DNA of 64,000 nucleotides from Hemiscyllium ocellatum (lineage: Eukaryota), in contig NC_083425.1 of assembly GCF_020745735.1 (NCBI RefSeq), positions 16,107,575 through 16,171,574 on the forward strand, written 5' to 3'. The position numbers were made by a program, and so were the translations under genes. The notes under the pieces are model-generated. The model ran no database searches, was not told where the DNA came from, and worked only from the letters and a program-made list of their open reading frames with translations. Below are positions 38,521 through 50,922 of the stretch, piece after piece; positions within the stretch are counted from its first letter, which is position 1, and each line of letters starts with the position of its first letter.

Positions 38521-39144
38521 TTCTTGTTTCTCTTTTCCATTTCTATTTTTTCTGTTCCATGCAGCAAGCCAGGGTGATGTGATACACTCTGTCTCGATGG
38601 CCCTTCCCAGACTGGTCCTAGGAGCAGTCCAAGAAAAAAAACACATCTACATCTGCCAAAAGCCACCCATAATTCGGACTCTAGTAAGGGTGCTGTGAGA
38701 GGTGGAGATGGTTACTTCATTACCGATCCTGCAATTATGATGATGTATTTTTCTGAAGGCAATGATAACTCTCCTTGGCGATGTGGGTCTGGAGTGGGAA
38801 AGGGTCAGAGCCAGCAAACACTCCTTTTCCAAGGTTGTGTTTTGTCTGGCTGCTCAGTTGATGCACTTGCTGAGGCTGAAGCTGAATGAAGCAGACATCG
38901 CTGTCTTTCTTGCCGTACTGAATGGAGGAGTGTGTGCAGCTCTCATGTGCAGGCTATACTGTTACCATCTGTTCACAGAACATCCGAACCTAAAAATGTT
39001 CACTCTGCATGTATTGTGAATGGGTGATGAAATAATTGCAACTTAGAAGTAGCTGCATTGTGCAAGTGCATCTGTTCATATTTGCCCCTTCAATGTCCTA
39101 GCTTCATGCAGATGTGGTTGTCCATTAAACTGACTCTCATTAAA

Positions 39145-39310
39145 GCAAAACAAAGAACTACGGATGCTGGCAAACCAAAACACAAAAATACTTAAATTTC
39201 TGAAGAAAATCAGCAGGTCTGGCAACATCTATCAAGCGAAATCAGTATTAACGTTTCAAATCCAGTTCTGAAGAAGGCTTTTTTCTGTTATTCTGTTTTT
39301 ATTTCTAATC
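39145..39310. mobile_element. PLE family D stub, inverted arms
   Basis: CGGATGCTGG..CAGCAGGTCTGGCAACATCT..TTAACGTTTC..GTTCTGAAGAAGG. Confidence 0.65.
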
Positions 39311-40089
39311 ATCCACAGGGTAACTTTTTAATCCTCCTCAGTCTGCAGAAAAAAAATACCCTTTACTTTGTGTCATTGTAAATTTGATGTTGATACCAAA
39401 CTCCTTGGGTGTGCATCATTCATAAGGGAAATAAAGAGCTTTCGAAGAATTCCATATGGTTTAGGAGAGGTCAATAGATTTTAAGGCAGATGTCAGAAAA
39501 GCCAAGCTTATTAAAACAGGACTCAGTATGGATGTAGGTTGTGAAAGAGTGTTGGAAAGTTAATGAACAATAAGACATTTGTTCTGAGTTGTGCTCTGCC
39601 AATGTGAAACTGTCACAAACCAATATACAAAGAAAACAACATCAATTTTTACATCAACTTTCCAGTAACAAGATACATTTTTATTGTATTTGCTTCTCAG
39701 TTGAAATAGGTTATCTCAATTTTGTGTGGATGATCAGCAAGACCACATTTGACATTGTACATTCTGTTAGACATCCTATATTTAAACAAAGATTGTCACA
39801 ATTACTAGAGACAGAAGAAAAAGGAATAGACAATTCTGAGTCTGATTTATAAGGGGCGATGGGCAATGCTGAACTTGAAGGTTAATGGGGGTGTGATCCA
39901 GCTCCTTCAGAATTTGAATTGTACACTCCTTGATTTAAATTATGAATTCAGGATCACAGAACGGATTTAAAGTACCATACGCCAAGCAAGATCCAATTTC
40001 TGAAAAAAACTTCTTTCAATTACCTCCTCATGAAAAAAAAATCAAACTATGCCAATTGACTCCCTCGTAAAAGAGTTGGATGAATAATG

Positions 40090-40276
40090 TTTGGAGTTCC
40101 GGATGAGTCACTCTTTCCCATTGCCCGAACCTTTGCCCTGCTTGACTTACTCTCCATTTTCTGCCTGAAACGTTTCTTGAGATATGATGTGGGGAGGAGG
40201 GTTTGTCTATCCAGAACCGGACATCAAGTTTGAAAAGTAGATACAAATGGATTGTTGGAGTTTTGTTCAGGTAAAT
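40090..40276 (+). promoter_or_regulatory. Second candidate first exon (uORF or N-terminus MDCWSFVQ)
   Basis: CCGGATGAGTCA (ETS + AP-1) near 40100; ATG at 40247 runs to CAG|GTAAAT (40270/40271). Confidence 0.25.
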
Positions 40277-40279
40277 TAT

Positions 40280-41150
40280 ACATGGTAACTTCTACTCAAG
40301 TTCCTACACCGTTACCTCTGGATCCATCCTTGGCCCCTTCCCACTGCACCTTCAGGATACCTATTGGCAGTATGATAAAACAATACCCTGCAGTATCATA
40401 TGTATGCAGATAATAGCCAGGAATACCTCACTACCTCCTCACTGGATGCTTCCACTTGTTTTTCATTGTTAGACTGTTTGGATGATGTCTAACAATGAAT
40501 GAACATCAATTATTCCAATTGAACATTAGGAAATCAGAAGCTGTTATCTTGCAGTTTTCCTAACAGAAACTCCTTTCCCTTACCACTGACCCTCCAGTCC
40601 TCTCTCTGACAATGGGTTGAGGCTGAGTCATATGACGTGCAATCCAGGCATTGTTCTTATACCCCAGAATGAGCTCCTGAGCTCAGCCATACTATCATCA
40701 AGCCCACCATCAATGTAACATTGCTCAGTTCTCTCATTGACTCAGGTCATTTACTGAAACCCTTACCAACATTATTGTCACTACTTAACCTGACTATTTC
40801 AATATTTTTTGGATAGTATCTCATCTCTCACCCTGTTTAAACTTGATTTAATCCAAACCTCTGCTACCATTTTCCTAACTTACACCATGTCCCATTTCCC
40901 ATCATCCTTGTATTTGCTGACTTACATCATGTCAGCCAGCATAAACATAATGTTAAAATTCTCAATCTCGTTTTTGAGTCCGCCACGGTCTCTATAATCC
41001 TCGAACCTCTGAGAATACAGTGCTTTTCCAAAACAGGCCTCTTACTCATTCTTAACTAGTAGCAATTGAAAAGCTGGCAACACTAATCCATAGTTTCCTG
41101 CCCGAAAAGCTTCTTTCTGTTTGAGAGGAGAGATCTCCTTTTAAAATGAC
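40280..41150 (+). mobile_element. Decayed L2 LINE RT and 3' region
   Basis: GSILGP; YHMYADNSQEYL; QLNIRKSEAVI. Confidence 0.75.
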
Positions 41151-42644
41151 ACCTTGCATGGCCTTACACTTTAAATATAGCAAGCACATAGCAACATTAA
41201 AACTCAAGCCAGCTGTAGCAGGTGGATCGAGTGAAGGCAACATTGGGATTCAAGCATGTAAGCATCTGGTTGGCAAGTCGCCGCCCGGAGTTATTATGTA
41301 CTGGCTATGTAATCCCGCTAGAAATTTCTACAAATTTTTACAAATGACTTTGGGATTTTAGGGATTTTAGCATCAAAGTCTGACAAATGAAAACGGAGTA
41401 TCCAAAAAGTTTATGTTTCTGGCTTGCTAGTCATCTGGTTCCAAAACCTCAAAGTAATTAGAAATAGACGCCACTCCAGCCCGAGATATGAGTGTAAGGA
41501 AATTCATGGTCTGGGTGTGCGGAATTTTATGATACCACGCTACTGACTTGTGCCAGGAATAGAAAATTGGCTACTTGGCACTATCCACCATTCCGTTTGC
41601 ACAAATCCAGCTGCATGGTACACAATACATTGGAGAACTGATGCACAGAGCTGGATCTTTCCTTCTCTCACCCTCTCCAGGCCTGGGCTGGGAATTTCCT
41701 CTTCTGCCCTAACTCTGTCATCATCCCAGCGCAGTATCCTTTGTCAGGGATCATTATTCATTCATGGCAAAGCTTCAGCAAATGGCAGCCCCTTCTCATA
41801 CCCTCAGGAGGCACGGGTTCTGCTGTCGGTTCAGTCAAGGGAGGCACTCACACGGCAGCAGAACTTCGAAGACTTCAATAGAACTTTGAACAGAACTCTT
41901 GGCAAAAAAAACCTATTCAGTTGCTCCCAGCGAGAGAAGGTAAACACTATATCCCTCTTCTCCTACCAGGAAATCTTTGGAGATTACACATTACTGTCAC
42001 AGGAACTTGTCACCATCACTTTGTGGGGAGGAATGGCATGGAGATTGGCGTGCAGTCAGGAACCCACACCCCAAGTCCTCATTAGTACTTGCATGTAGTG
42101 AGTGGGAAGGAGCAGCCAGATGCACCAGGTTTAGTGATGGGAAATTAAGGCTGAGAGAAGGAATACAGACGTGGGTTGGAATGGGAAATCGAGTCCACGG
42201 TGGTTTAACGGTGGAGAGGTTGTGTTGTAATCCCCATTATGCTACTGAGTTGCTGGTTTCAGATATGCTTGCATGGGAAGATACCAACCTTTGGTCTTGA
42301 GCAGATGCCTACATGTCAGACAGAGTATATAGAAAATATGGTATCCCTGAAAGGACATGTGCCTGCCCATGTTTCGAGTTGCACTGTGCTGTCAGCATGT
42401 GCTCAAAATACTGTGGGAAAAGAAGCCATTATATAATAGCTGCATTGGCCTGTATTGCTGAGCAAAACTACAGACCAGAGATCTTCAGTTTCACTCATCC
42501 TTCTTGCTATCCCAGTATTTGCAACACAGGGTGGATGACCAAAACTCCTTCTCAGATTCTTCAACCTGCGAGAGTTGAGGACAAAATGGGTAACAACTGC
42601 GTTCAATGAACACTTCAAAATGTGGGCCTTGACCTGACAGACAC

Positions 42645-42776
42645 CTAGCTACCAGACAAAGGAGCAGCTAGTACTTCTGAAAGCTAATACTTCCTAATAA
42701 ACCTGTTGGACTATAACCTGGTGTTGTGTGATTTTTAACTTTGTCCACCCCAGTCCAACACGGGCACCTCCACATC
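42645..42776 (+). mobile_element. PLE family B terminal stub
   Basis: GGAGCAG..GAAAGCTAATACTTCC..AAACCTGTTGGACTATAACCTGGTGTTGTGTGATTTTTAACTTTG. Confidence 0.8.
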
Positions 42777-43189
42777 ATAACTGATCTAGATAGAGACTGT
42801 CTCCTGACACCTGGAGGTACCTTAAGGAAGCTCAGGAGAGCCCAAGAGGGGCCAGGATCTGTGACAGAGTGGATCTCCGCCCGTTTTACCTGTTTTGCAC
42901 CCAAGACACTGGGGGATTTGATTAACTCAAAAGTGAATGCAGCTCTTCAGGGCAAGAAAATTCAATGAGATGATCAACTATTGATGAAGTACATCTGTCG
43001 ATGGTTGGCTGGCTTACCATATCTGTGTGACCTCCATCTCTGTTCTAAGTGCTTGCTTACATTTTAGATTATAGTAGCCATTAAATCATATTAAATGAAG
43101 TAATATATCAAACAGGTGAGAATGAGATTGGATGAATTTTCAGAGCTTTGAATAACAAGAAAGGTAAGTGGACAAAGAGGTAAAAGATG

Positions 43190-43450
43190 CAACTAATGAC
43201 GATGCCTGAAGTCAAGTTCATAGGTCATGTGCTGAGAATGAAAGAGTTTTACCCAGATCCTGACAAAGTGAGGGCTGTATCAGGGATGCAGTGACCGACA
43301 GAAATGAAAACAATGTAATTAATTGTTGAATTTGTGAAGTATGTAGCAAATTTCTTGTCTAATTTGTCATCATAGTGTGAATCTCCACTCAGTACACTGC
43401 TAGGGAAATCCTGTGATATTAGGACACAGAAGCAACTTGCATTTGAACGA
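43190..43450 (+). pseudogene. Gypsy pol (RT C-terminus) relic
   Basis: MPEVKFIGHVLRMKEFYPDPDKVRAVSGMQ*PTEMKTM*LIVEFVKYVANFLSNLS. Confidence 0.8.
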
Positions 43451-43888
43451 AAAGAAACCAGCAACAGCAGCTTGATATACTCTGGAAGTCATTAACCCAG
43501 CAGAAACATTGACTTTGAAGGACAAGTATCTTGTGCTGATCAAACACTCAATGTGGGAATGAGACCCTAAAGGAAACATCTCCCCAAGAACGAACATAGA
43601 CCAGACAAACTGACAAAAAGTCAACTTGCATGGATCTCATTAAAATTCCTGAATGCTTTAGAGATCTTAGATGAAATGATTATACAGAGACTGATGAAAG
43701 TGGGACTGACTAGAATTAACAGTATTCTTAATTAATAATAATTTTATTTACTAATGATGTACGTTGAATCACTTGCGTAAAACATCAGTGCAATTGAAAG
43801 TGCATTTTTTTTGTTTTTTTATGAAAATTGAGATGTTCGAAGAAATGCTTATGCATACAATAGTAATAGCTAGCTCACCTTAATTGTT

Positions 43889-45514
43889 TTTTTCCTCTCC
43901 CGAGTGCCCTTCCACCGACACTCTCATTTGTTTGGCTGAACTTATCCACCCTTAACAATTTCTCCTTCAAATCCTCCCACTTCCTCCAGACCAAAGGGGT
44001 AGCCATGGGCACACGTATGGGTCCCAGCTATGCCTGTCTCTTTGTTGGCTACATAGAACAGTCACTCTTCCGTAATTACACCGGCACCACTCCCCAACTC
44101 TTCCTCCGCTACATTCATGACTGCATTGGCGTCACCTCATACTCTCGCGAGGAGGTTGAGCAATTCATCAACTTCACCAACACATTCCACCCTGACCTTA
44201 CATTTACCTGGACCATTTCTGACACCTCCCTCCCCTTCGTGGACCTCTCCATCTCCATTAATGACAACCAACTTGACACTGACATTTTTTACAAACCCAC
44301 CGACTCCCACAGCTACCTGGATTACACCTCTTCCCACCCTACCTCTTGCAAAAATGCCAACCTGTATTCCCAATTCTTCCGCCTCTGCTGTATCTGCTCC
44401 CAGGAAGACCAGTTCCACCACAGAACACATTAGATAGCCTCCTTCTTTAGAGACCACAATTTCCCTTCCCATGTGGTTAAAGGTGGACTCCAATGCATCT
44501 CGTCCACGTCCCGCACCTCTGCCCTCAGACCCCACCCCTCCAACCGTAACAAGGACACAACACCCCTGGTGCTCACCTTCCACCCTACCAACCTTCGCAT
44601 AAACCAAATCATCCGTGGACATTTCTGCCACCTCCAAACAGACCCCACCACCAGGGATATATTTCCTTCCCCACCCCTTTCCGCCTTCCGCAAAGACCAT
44701 TCCCTCCGTGACTACCTGGTCAGGTCCACGGTCCCCTACAACCCACCCTCCCATCTTGGCACCTTCCCCTGCCACCGCAGGAATTGCAAAACCTGCGCCC
44801 ACACCTCCTCCCTCACTTCCATCCAAGGCCCTAAAGGAGCCTTTCACATCCATCAAAGTTTTACCTGCACATCCACCAATATCATTTATTGTATCCGTTG
44901 CTCCCGATGCGGTCTCCTCTACTTTGGGGAGACTGGATACCTCCTACAGAGCGCTTTAGGGAACATCTCCGTGAACCCGCACCAATCAACCACACCGCCC
45001 TGTTGCCCAACATTTCAACTCCCCCTCCCACTCTGCCGAGGCCATGGAGGTCCTGGGCCTCCTTCACCGCCGCTCCCTCATCACCAGGCGCCTGGAGGAA
45101 GAACGCCTCATCTTCCGCCTCGGAACACTTCAACCCCAGGGCATCAATATGGACTTCAACAGTTTCCTCATTTCCCCTTCCCCCACCTCACCCTAGTTCC
45201 AAACTTCCAGCTCAGCACTGTCCCCTTGACTTGTCCTACCTGCCTATCGTCTTTTCCACCTATCCACTCCACCCTCCTCCCTGACCTATCACCTTCATCC
45301 CGTCCCCCACTCACCTATTGTGCTCTATGCTACTTTCTCCCCACCCCCATCCTCCTCTAGCTTATCTCTCCACCCTTCAGGCTCTCTGCCTTTATTCCTG
45401 ATGAAGAGCTTTTTTCGATTTTACTGCTCCTCAGATGCTGCCTGAACTGCTGTGTTATTTCAGCACCACTAATCCAGAATCTGGTTTCCAGCATCAGCAG
45501 TCATTGTTTTTACC
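43889..45514 (+). mobile_element. 5'-truncated Penelope-like element (family A): RT + GIY-YIG endonuclease + pLTR
   Basis: GVAMGTRMGPSYACLFV..FLRYIHDC..FYKPTDSHSYL; CTSTNIIYCIRCSRCGLLYFGETG; 13-bp TSD CACCTTAATTGTT at 43876-43888 and 45515-45527; hammerhead remnant CTGATGAAGAGC near 45398 with GAAAC deleted. Confidence 0.95.
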
Positions 45515-46794
45515 CACCTTAATTGTTACCTGTACCTCTGCTGTAACTGCTGGTAGTTCTGTAGGTAGCTGCCATTAAACACTTTGCATTACACTGAGTG
45601 GGCTCCAGTTGTGCATCTTGTCAAACAGTCGAATGTCAGCGGCAGGAACATGCAAACAGGAAGTATGTCTGCATCCTTCCATGTGGCACACCAATGTTGA
45701 AGAAAGTTAACTAAGTCATGCTCTCACAACAGGCAAGTACAAAAGGAGTTGCCAAGGGAAATCAGTTTTTTTACCCTGGTTGCATAAGCAGCAGGGATTC
45801 AATTTGTGTCATGCTGGTTGAAATAATTATTCTGCTACAAATTACTGCACTGTGTGTTTATACACACTGTGAGGCGGCAGCTGGAAATGTCAATGTGAAG
45901 CTTTGTATTTAAGTGTATATGATCATGAGGATGTGTTGAGAATGGCAACATTAAGAGACACATCATAACAGCTTTGATTCGCTGCATGCTTTCTGAGACG
46001 TGAAGTTGCATCCAGCTGAGACAGGCTGTGCGCCTAACTACAAATAGATTTACTGTAGAGCACAATGAAGCCTGTGCCATGGATAAGCTCAGCTTGCTTC
46101 TCAATTAGGTTATTTCAGGGCAACATCACAATGTTTATATGGCTTCAGCTAATTCACAGCAGCTGTTAACTGTGCCACAAAACTAAATCAGTAACTCCCC
46201 TGCAAAAAAAAATGTCTGACTGACTGCAGCCACATGTCCATGGACCTACTTCCCAGAAATGACAGCTTAATAGTGCTTGTATCATCTTTCAAAGCTCACC
46301 CTGGGGGCTAATATTTATCCGTTTGCAGTGCATTAGGGCACAATTTAAAATTTCACTTCCTCCACATGCAATTTTTTTAGTGTTCCTATGGCCACACTGC
46401 TTGAGTTTGACCACACAGAGTGGAGTTGAACACATCAGCACATGTTATGGACAACATGCGCATGCTCCCACCTTGACAATAGTTCTTCTGTTTGTTTTTC
46501 TGATTATGTAACAAAAAGCTAGGCTATTACAAATCATCTTTTTGTTCATATTTATCATGTTTTGAATGTGTTTGATCTTATTGAAGCTAAAACTTTTCGA
46601 TTGGATTATTATCAATAAAATGGATTAAGCAAAGCATCACGGCCAAAACTTGTCACACTTACAGTAAACAAAAACTGTGCAGCAGATATAACAAACGACC
46701 AATGCTGTTGGGTTTGGTGTCTTTCTAAAGTTGTGTTTATCATTCAATCATTTCGCCTTTGCTTACGAACAAGTGTCTCACCCAACAGTGGTAG

Positions 46795-47085
46795 AAATTT
46801 CATATCCTTGATTTTAAATCCCTTCATTGCCTCACCCGTCCTATCTTCTTAACCTCCTTCTGCTGCCTGAGCTCTTGGGTCTGGAATTCCTCCCTAATCA
46901 TTTTTGCCTCTAACTCCCTCTCTGTCTTCATTTGAGATACTGCTAAAATCTACCTCTACAAATATGCTTCTGTCCCAATGCTTCCTCACGTAGCTCAGTG
47001 ACAAACTTTGTTAGATACTTGTCCTGTGAAGTGCCTTGGGTTGCCTGACTATGTTAAATGTACGATATAAGTGCAAGATGTTGTT
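46795..47085 (+). mobile_element. L2 3' end
   Basis: TTTTAAATCCCTTCATTGCCTC..CTGTGAAGTGCCTTGGG..CTATGTTAAATGTACGATATAAGTGCAAG. Confidence 0.7.
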
Positions 47086-48281
47086 AAATAGCTACCAAAA
47101 ATAACAAGCTTGTATTGGAACATTTCCAAACAAACATACATTCAGTTTTATTTTTCAAAGCAAATTTTTATTGTCTATGAGTAAAAAGGTCAAGCAGGAA
47201 AGCAAAACGATATTTAATTTAAACCAGCGCCAAACTGTGATGTCTTTAGTGATGCATATTGCATTACATATAGCTTTTATGAGGACACCTGTTAAATGGT
47301 AGCAGCTCCTACAACCTACTTCCATTCACGGCAAAAGCATATACATAATAACCAAGCTTTTCGCAATTGACTTGACTGGAATCAAGCTGTTTTGTGGTTG
47401 ATTGACTCAACCCATCCCTCACTGCTATTATTACTGTGCGTTGCGACTACATTTTAAACTTGAAATCTGGCGCAGGTTAGACTAGAGTAGGCACAGCCAG
47501 CCCAGATTACAGCAGAGAAGTGGTTTCACATTTATGACTGGCACACACAACATATTGCGTTTTATTCACATCGAGACAAGACAAAACATCGTGGTAATTC
47601 TTGTTATAAAAAGAACTTCAGATCATTGAGTGCTATTGCATCACTTTTACTTTCCAATGGAAATTTACCAAATATTCTGGTTAAATACAGCCAAATTTTT
47701 TCTGCATTTACTGAAGCCAGTTTTTTTTTTGCATTATCTTCTAACCAGTTTATGCAGTGTGCTAAAGGATCTATCACCGGGTCTGGTGTCCTTTGTCAGC
47801 AAGGTGCAAGCTGATTAATTGAACCACTGTCTCAAGAAAATAGCTGAGATAATGTCAAAGATCATTCAGAAGACTGGAAGTAATTTGCAGGAAACGGAAC
47901 AGTGAGCATGAGAGAGAGTGGCAGTGGTTGTGGGGGTGTGGAGGCGGAAGGTGGTAGGTAAGGGCAGGTCCAATGAGGTCAAGGTCACAATTGGAATGGA
48001 GGTCAGAGAACAAAGGTGAGTGATGGCATGTTGTATCAATGGTTTTAATTGAGTTTCTATATGTTCTCTTGCTTCGCCAGTTTCTGAATTTGGACGAATG
48101 CTTTTAAACTGGAAAAATAATATTGCAGACTTAATGGCCTGTTACTGGGATTTCAAGAGATTTCCAAGTAGGGAGCAGGATCTGGTTGGAAGTTTGGATT
48201 AATTGCCATGGAGTGCCAGCTCCATGACTTCTGCATTTCTCTTTCATGGTTTCCAGGCCCTGAAGCTGGCCTGGTTAATAG

Positions 48282-48493
48282 GTAAAAACGAGGACTGCAG
48301 ATGCTGGAAACCAGAGTCTGGATTAGAATGGTGCTGGAAAAGTACAGCAGGTCAGGCAGCATCCAAGGAGCAGGAAAATTTGGACAAAGGCCTCTATTCC
48401 TGATGAAGGTCCTTTGCCTGAAATGTCAATTTTCCTGCTCCTTGGATGCTGCCTGATCTGCTGTGCTTTTCCAGCACCACTCTAATCCATTGT
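48282..48493. mobile_element. PLE family A inverted stub pair with hammerhead
   Basis: 11-bp TSD CTGGTTAATAG at 48271-48281 and 48494-48504; CTGATGA(48400-48406)..GAAA(48420-48423)TGTC. Confidence 0.88.
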
Positions 48494-49704
48494 CTGGTTA
48501 ATAGCTTAGCTCTCCAGAGTGCAGAGAGCACTGTGGAAGGAGCCACATTCTCACATGCAGGAAATTTGATACTTTCCAGGATAAAGACCACACAAGTGGG
48601 GGTTTGATTGCAGCATGTTTTTGAGGGTCAAGCAGTGATTGCGGGGAATTCGAGGGAGAGATAGGTGACAGAAGAAGATATGTGTTTGTGCTGGGGGGTC
48701 AGTAATTGTAGAGTTGTGGGTGATCACAGGGGGAGAGAGAGGGTGATGGCATTGGGAAGTACATGGTTGATCACAAGAAAGTCTGATTGTTGGGAGCTTA
48801 ACAGTTTGTTGGGATTTGTGACAGAAGGAAGCACAGGTACTGCTCTGGGTCCATAAGCAGTGCTGGAAAAGCACAAATCTGCTTCATACATCAACTCTCA
48901 TCTCCCTTTAGTTTCTAAGGTTAGAAAAGTCCAGTTGGCCAATATAAAATCACAAAAACAAATATAGACAGACAAACAAAGACAGACAAAAACAATCAAT
49001 TAATTGAGGGACCTGCCTTATGGTTTGGTTTCCTGGCAGCAGTTCAACCTCCATCGAAACTAGAAGTGGGCGGGGGTGAGGCATGTTGACAGAGGATTTG
49101 AGACTTTTAACATTTTAACATCACACTTGTTCCACAGCACAGGGTGTGCACAGGGAATTAGAGAGTGTTGGGATGGGGAGAGTGGTTGCAATTCTGTCAA
49201 CTGACTGAATGGCTTATTCCTATGTTGAGAGAATATTTTGTCATGGTTGTTCTCGTTTTCCTCTCAATCCTGTAATTTTCAATGAAACGGTTTAAAATCA
49301 ACCGGGGATAAGTTTAAATAATTTTCAATTTCATTACAAAGCAATACAATTTACAAAATAGGACAGTTTGAGCCATTGCAGTCCTCTTCTTGTATAAGGG
49401 GCATGTTCCTCATGCCAAAATAAACATTAGGTGCAATAGGTGTCACAGATGATCTTATGCAAGAGGCTTGGTAATATACAGAACAATGCTCAGTCTTCTA
49501 TCAAGAAGAATAAATAAAACATTCCTATTCCTTCTCCATTCAAAGATTTCTTAAAGATGGCTTTTGTTCTAATGCCTCCTTCATGACTTGCTATCTAGGA
49601 CATTAATTCATGCCACAATAAAAAGTGAATTACATCAGACCTAGATTCATTATTTTAAAAACATTCAGAAGGATTTTACCTGAGCCATGTTTTGTATTTT
49701 ATTT

Positions 49705-50040
49705 TTCAAATGCATGCTTGGGAAGTGGACTTCAATGGCAAGGCCTGTATAAATTTCCTATCTTCAATTACTCTTGAGAAGGTGCTGGTGAGCTGGAATG
49801 CAATAGAATGATTTGCTAGACTAACTTCAAGGGGCAGTTCAGAGGAACCCACGGCAGGAGGCTTGGAATCACATGAAGGCCAGACTATATAAGGAAAATG
49901 GATTTCCTTCTCTTTAGGATCTTAGTGAGGTTTTTTTCCCCCTAATCTAGCAGTTACATGGTCACCATTACTAATACAAGCATTTTTTAAAAAAAATGTT
50001 CTTCATTCACTGGAATTAAATTCCCTCACTGCCATTGACA
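49705..50040 (-). mobile_element. Deu-type SINE (decayed)
   Basis: Homologous to 12090-12495 (GGATTTCCTTCTCTTTAGGATCTTAGTGA; CATGGTCACCATTACT). Confidence 0.65.
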
Positions 50041-50569
50041 TGTTTAAAAGTCATGGGCTGGTCTTAATGCTTCATGGAGATGGGAGGATGGTACCTGTCA
50101 TGACTGCAACATCCATCAGTGTTCCCACCACCAGCAATTGGCAGCTGATGGCCAGGATTGCTGGTCAATTAGATATCACCTTTTGGGCCACATGGCAAAT
50201 AGTAGACCCATGGACGCGTATTTCTGTGGCAGAGGGGACAAGTCCAAGAGCTGGAGGCACATTCCAGCATTCGGTTTCAAATGCTGCTGTCCTGGGTGTT
50301 GTGCGGGTTTGTTGGTAGTGCCAGGCAGGCAACCTGAGAGACTGGGGCAAAAGAATGAGGGGAAGTGGTCCTGAGTGCTGAGAGTGGTAAAGCAGCTAAG
50401 CAGAGCAGCTGGAGCTATCATCTGGCCCTGACAGCTGTGTCTTCTCCAAAGGAAGAAAATTCCATAAAAACTAGAATTTTTATCATGCCATTCGAGGCAC
50501 CCCCACTGCTGAAAGGAGTGAACTATTTGACCTTATTGCAGTTGCCAGGAGATGCATGGACCCTGGGAA

Positions 50570-50922
50570 AACGGTGGTGCAGGTGGTGATATCAGTGGCC
50601 ACTCATTCGGAAGCCCAGCACACAGCCCTGGAGACATGGGTTGAAATCCAACCATGGTGGCTGGTAGAATTTATGTTTCACTGGTAAATTGGAATTGAAA
50701 GCTTGTCTTAGTAATGGCGGCCATGAAATTATCAATGGTTGTAAAACCTATCTGGCTCACTAATATCATTTAGGGAAGGGAATCAGCCATCCTTATTCTG
50801 TCTGACCAATATGTGACTCCAAACCCACTGCATTCATTTGTCGCTTAATTGCTATCTGACAGGGCCCTAGTAAACAGTAATTAGGCAGCAAATGCCCTTA
50901 TCCCATGAAAGAATAAAAGAAA
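50570..50922 (+). mobile_element. Deu-type SINE
   Basis: GGGTTGAAATCCAACCATGG; TCTGGCTCACTAATATCATTTAGGGAAGG; CCCATGAAAGAATAAA tail. Confidence 0.7.

Noticed and set aside
41550-42098. 182-aa ORF
   Set aside because: Non-ATG start, no motif, and it lies in decayed repeat-like sequence.
44137-45360. 239-aa (-) and 295-aa (+) ORFs as host genes
   Set aside because: They are the antisense shadow and the frameshifted RT/GIY-YIG of the Penelope element.
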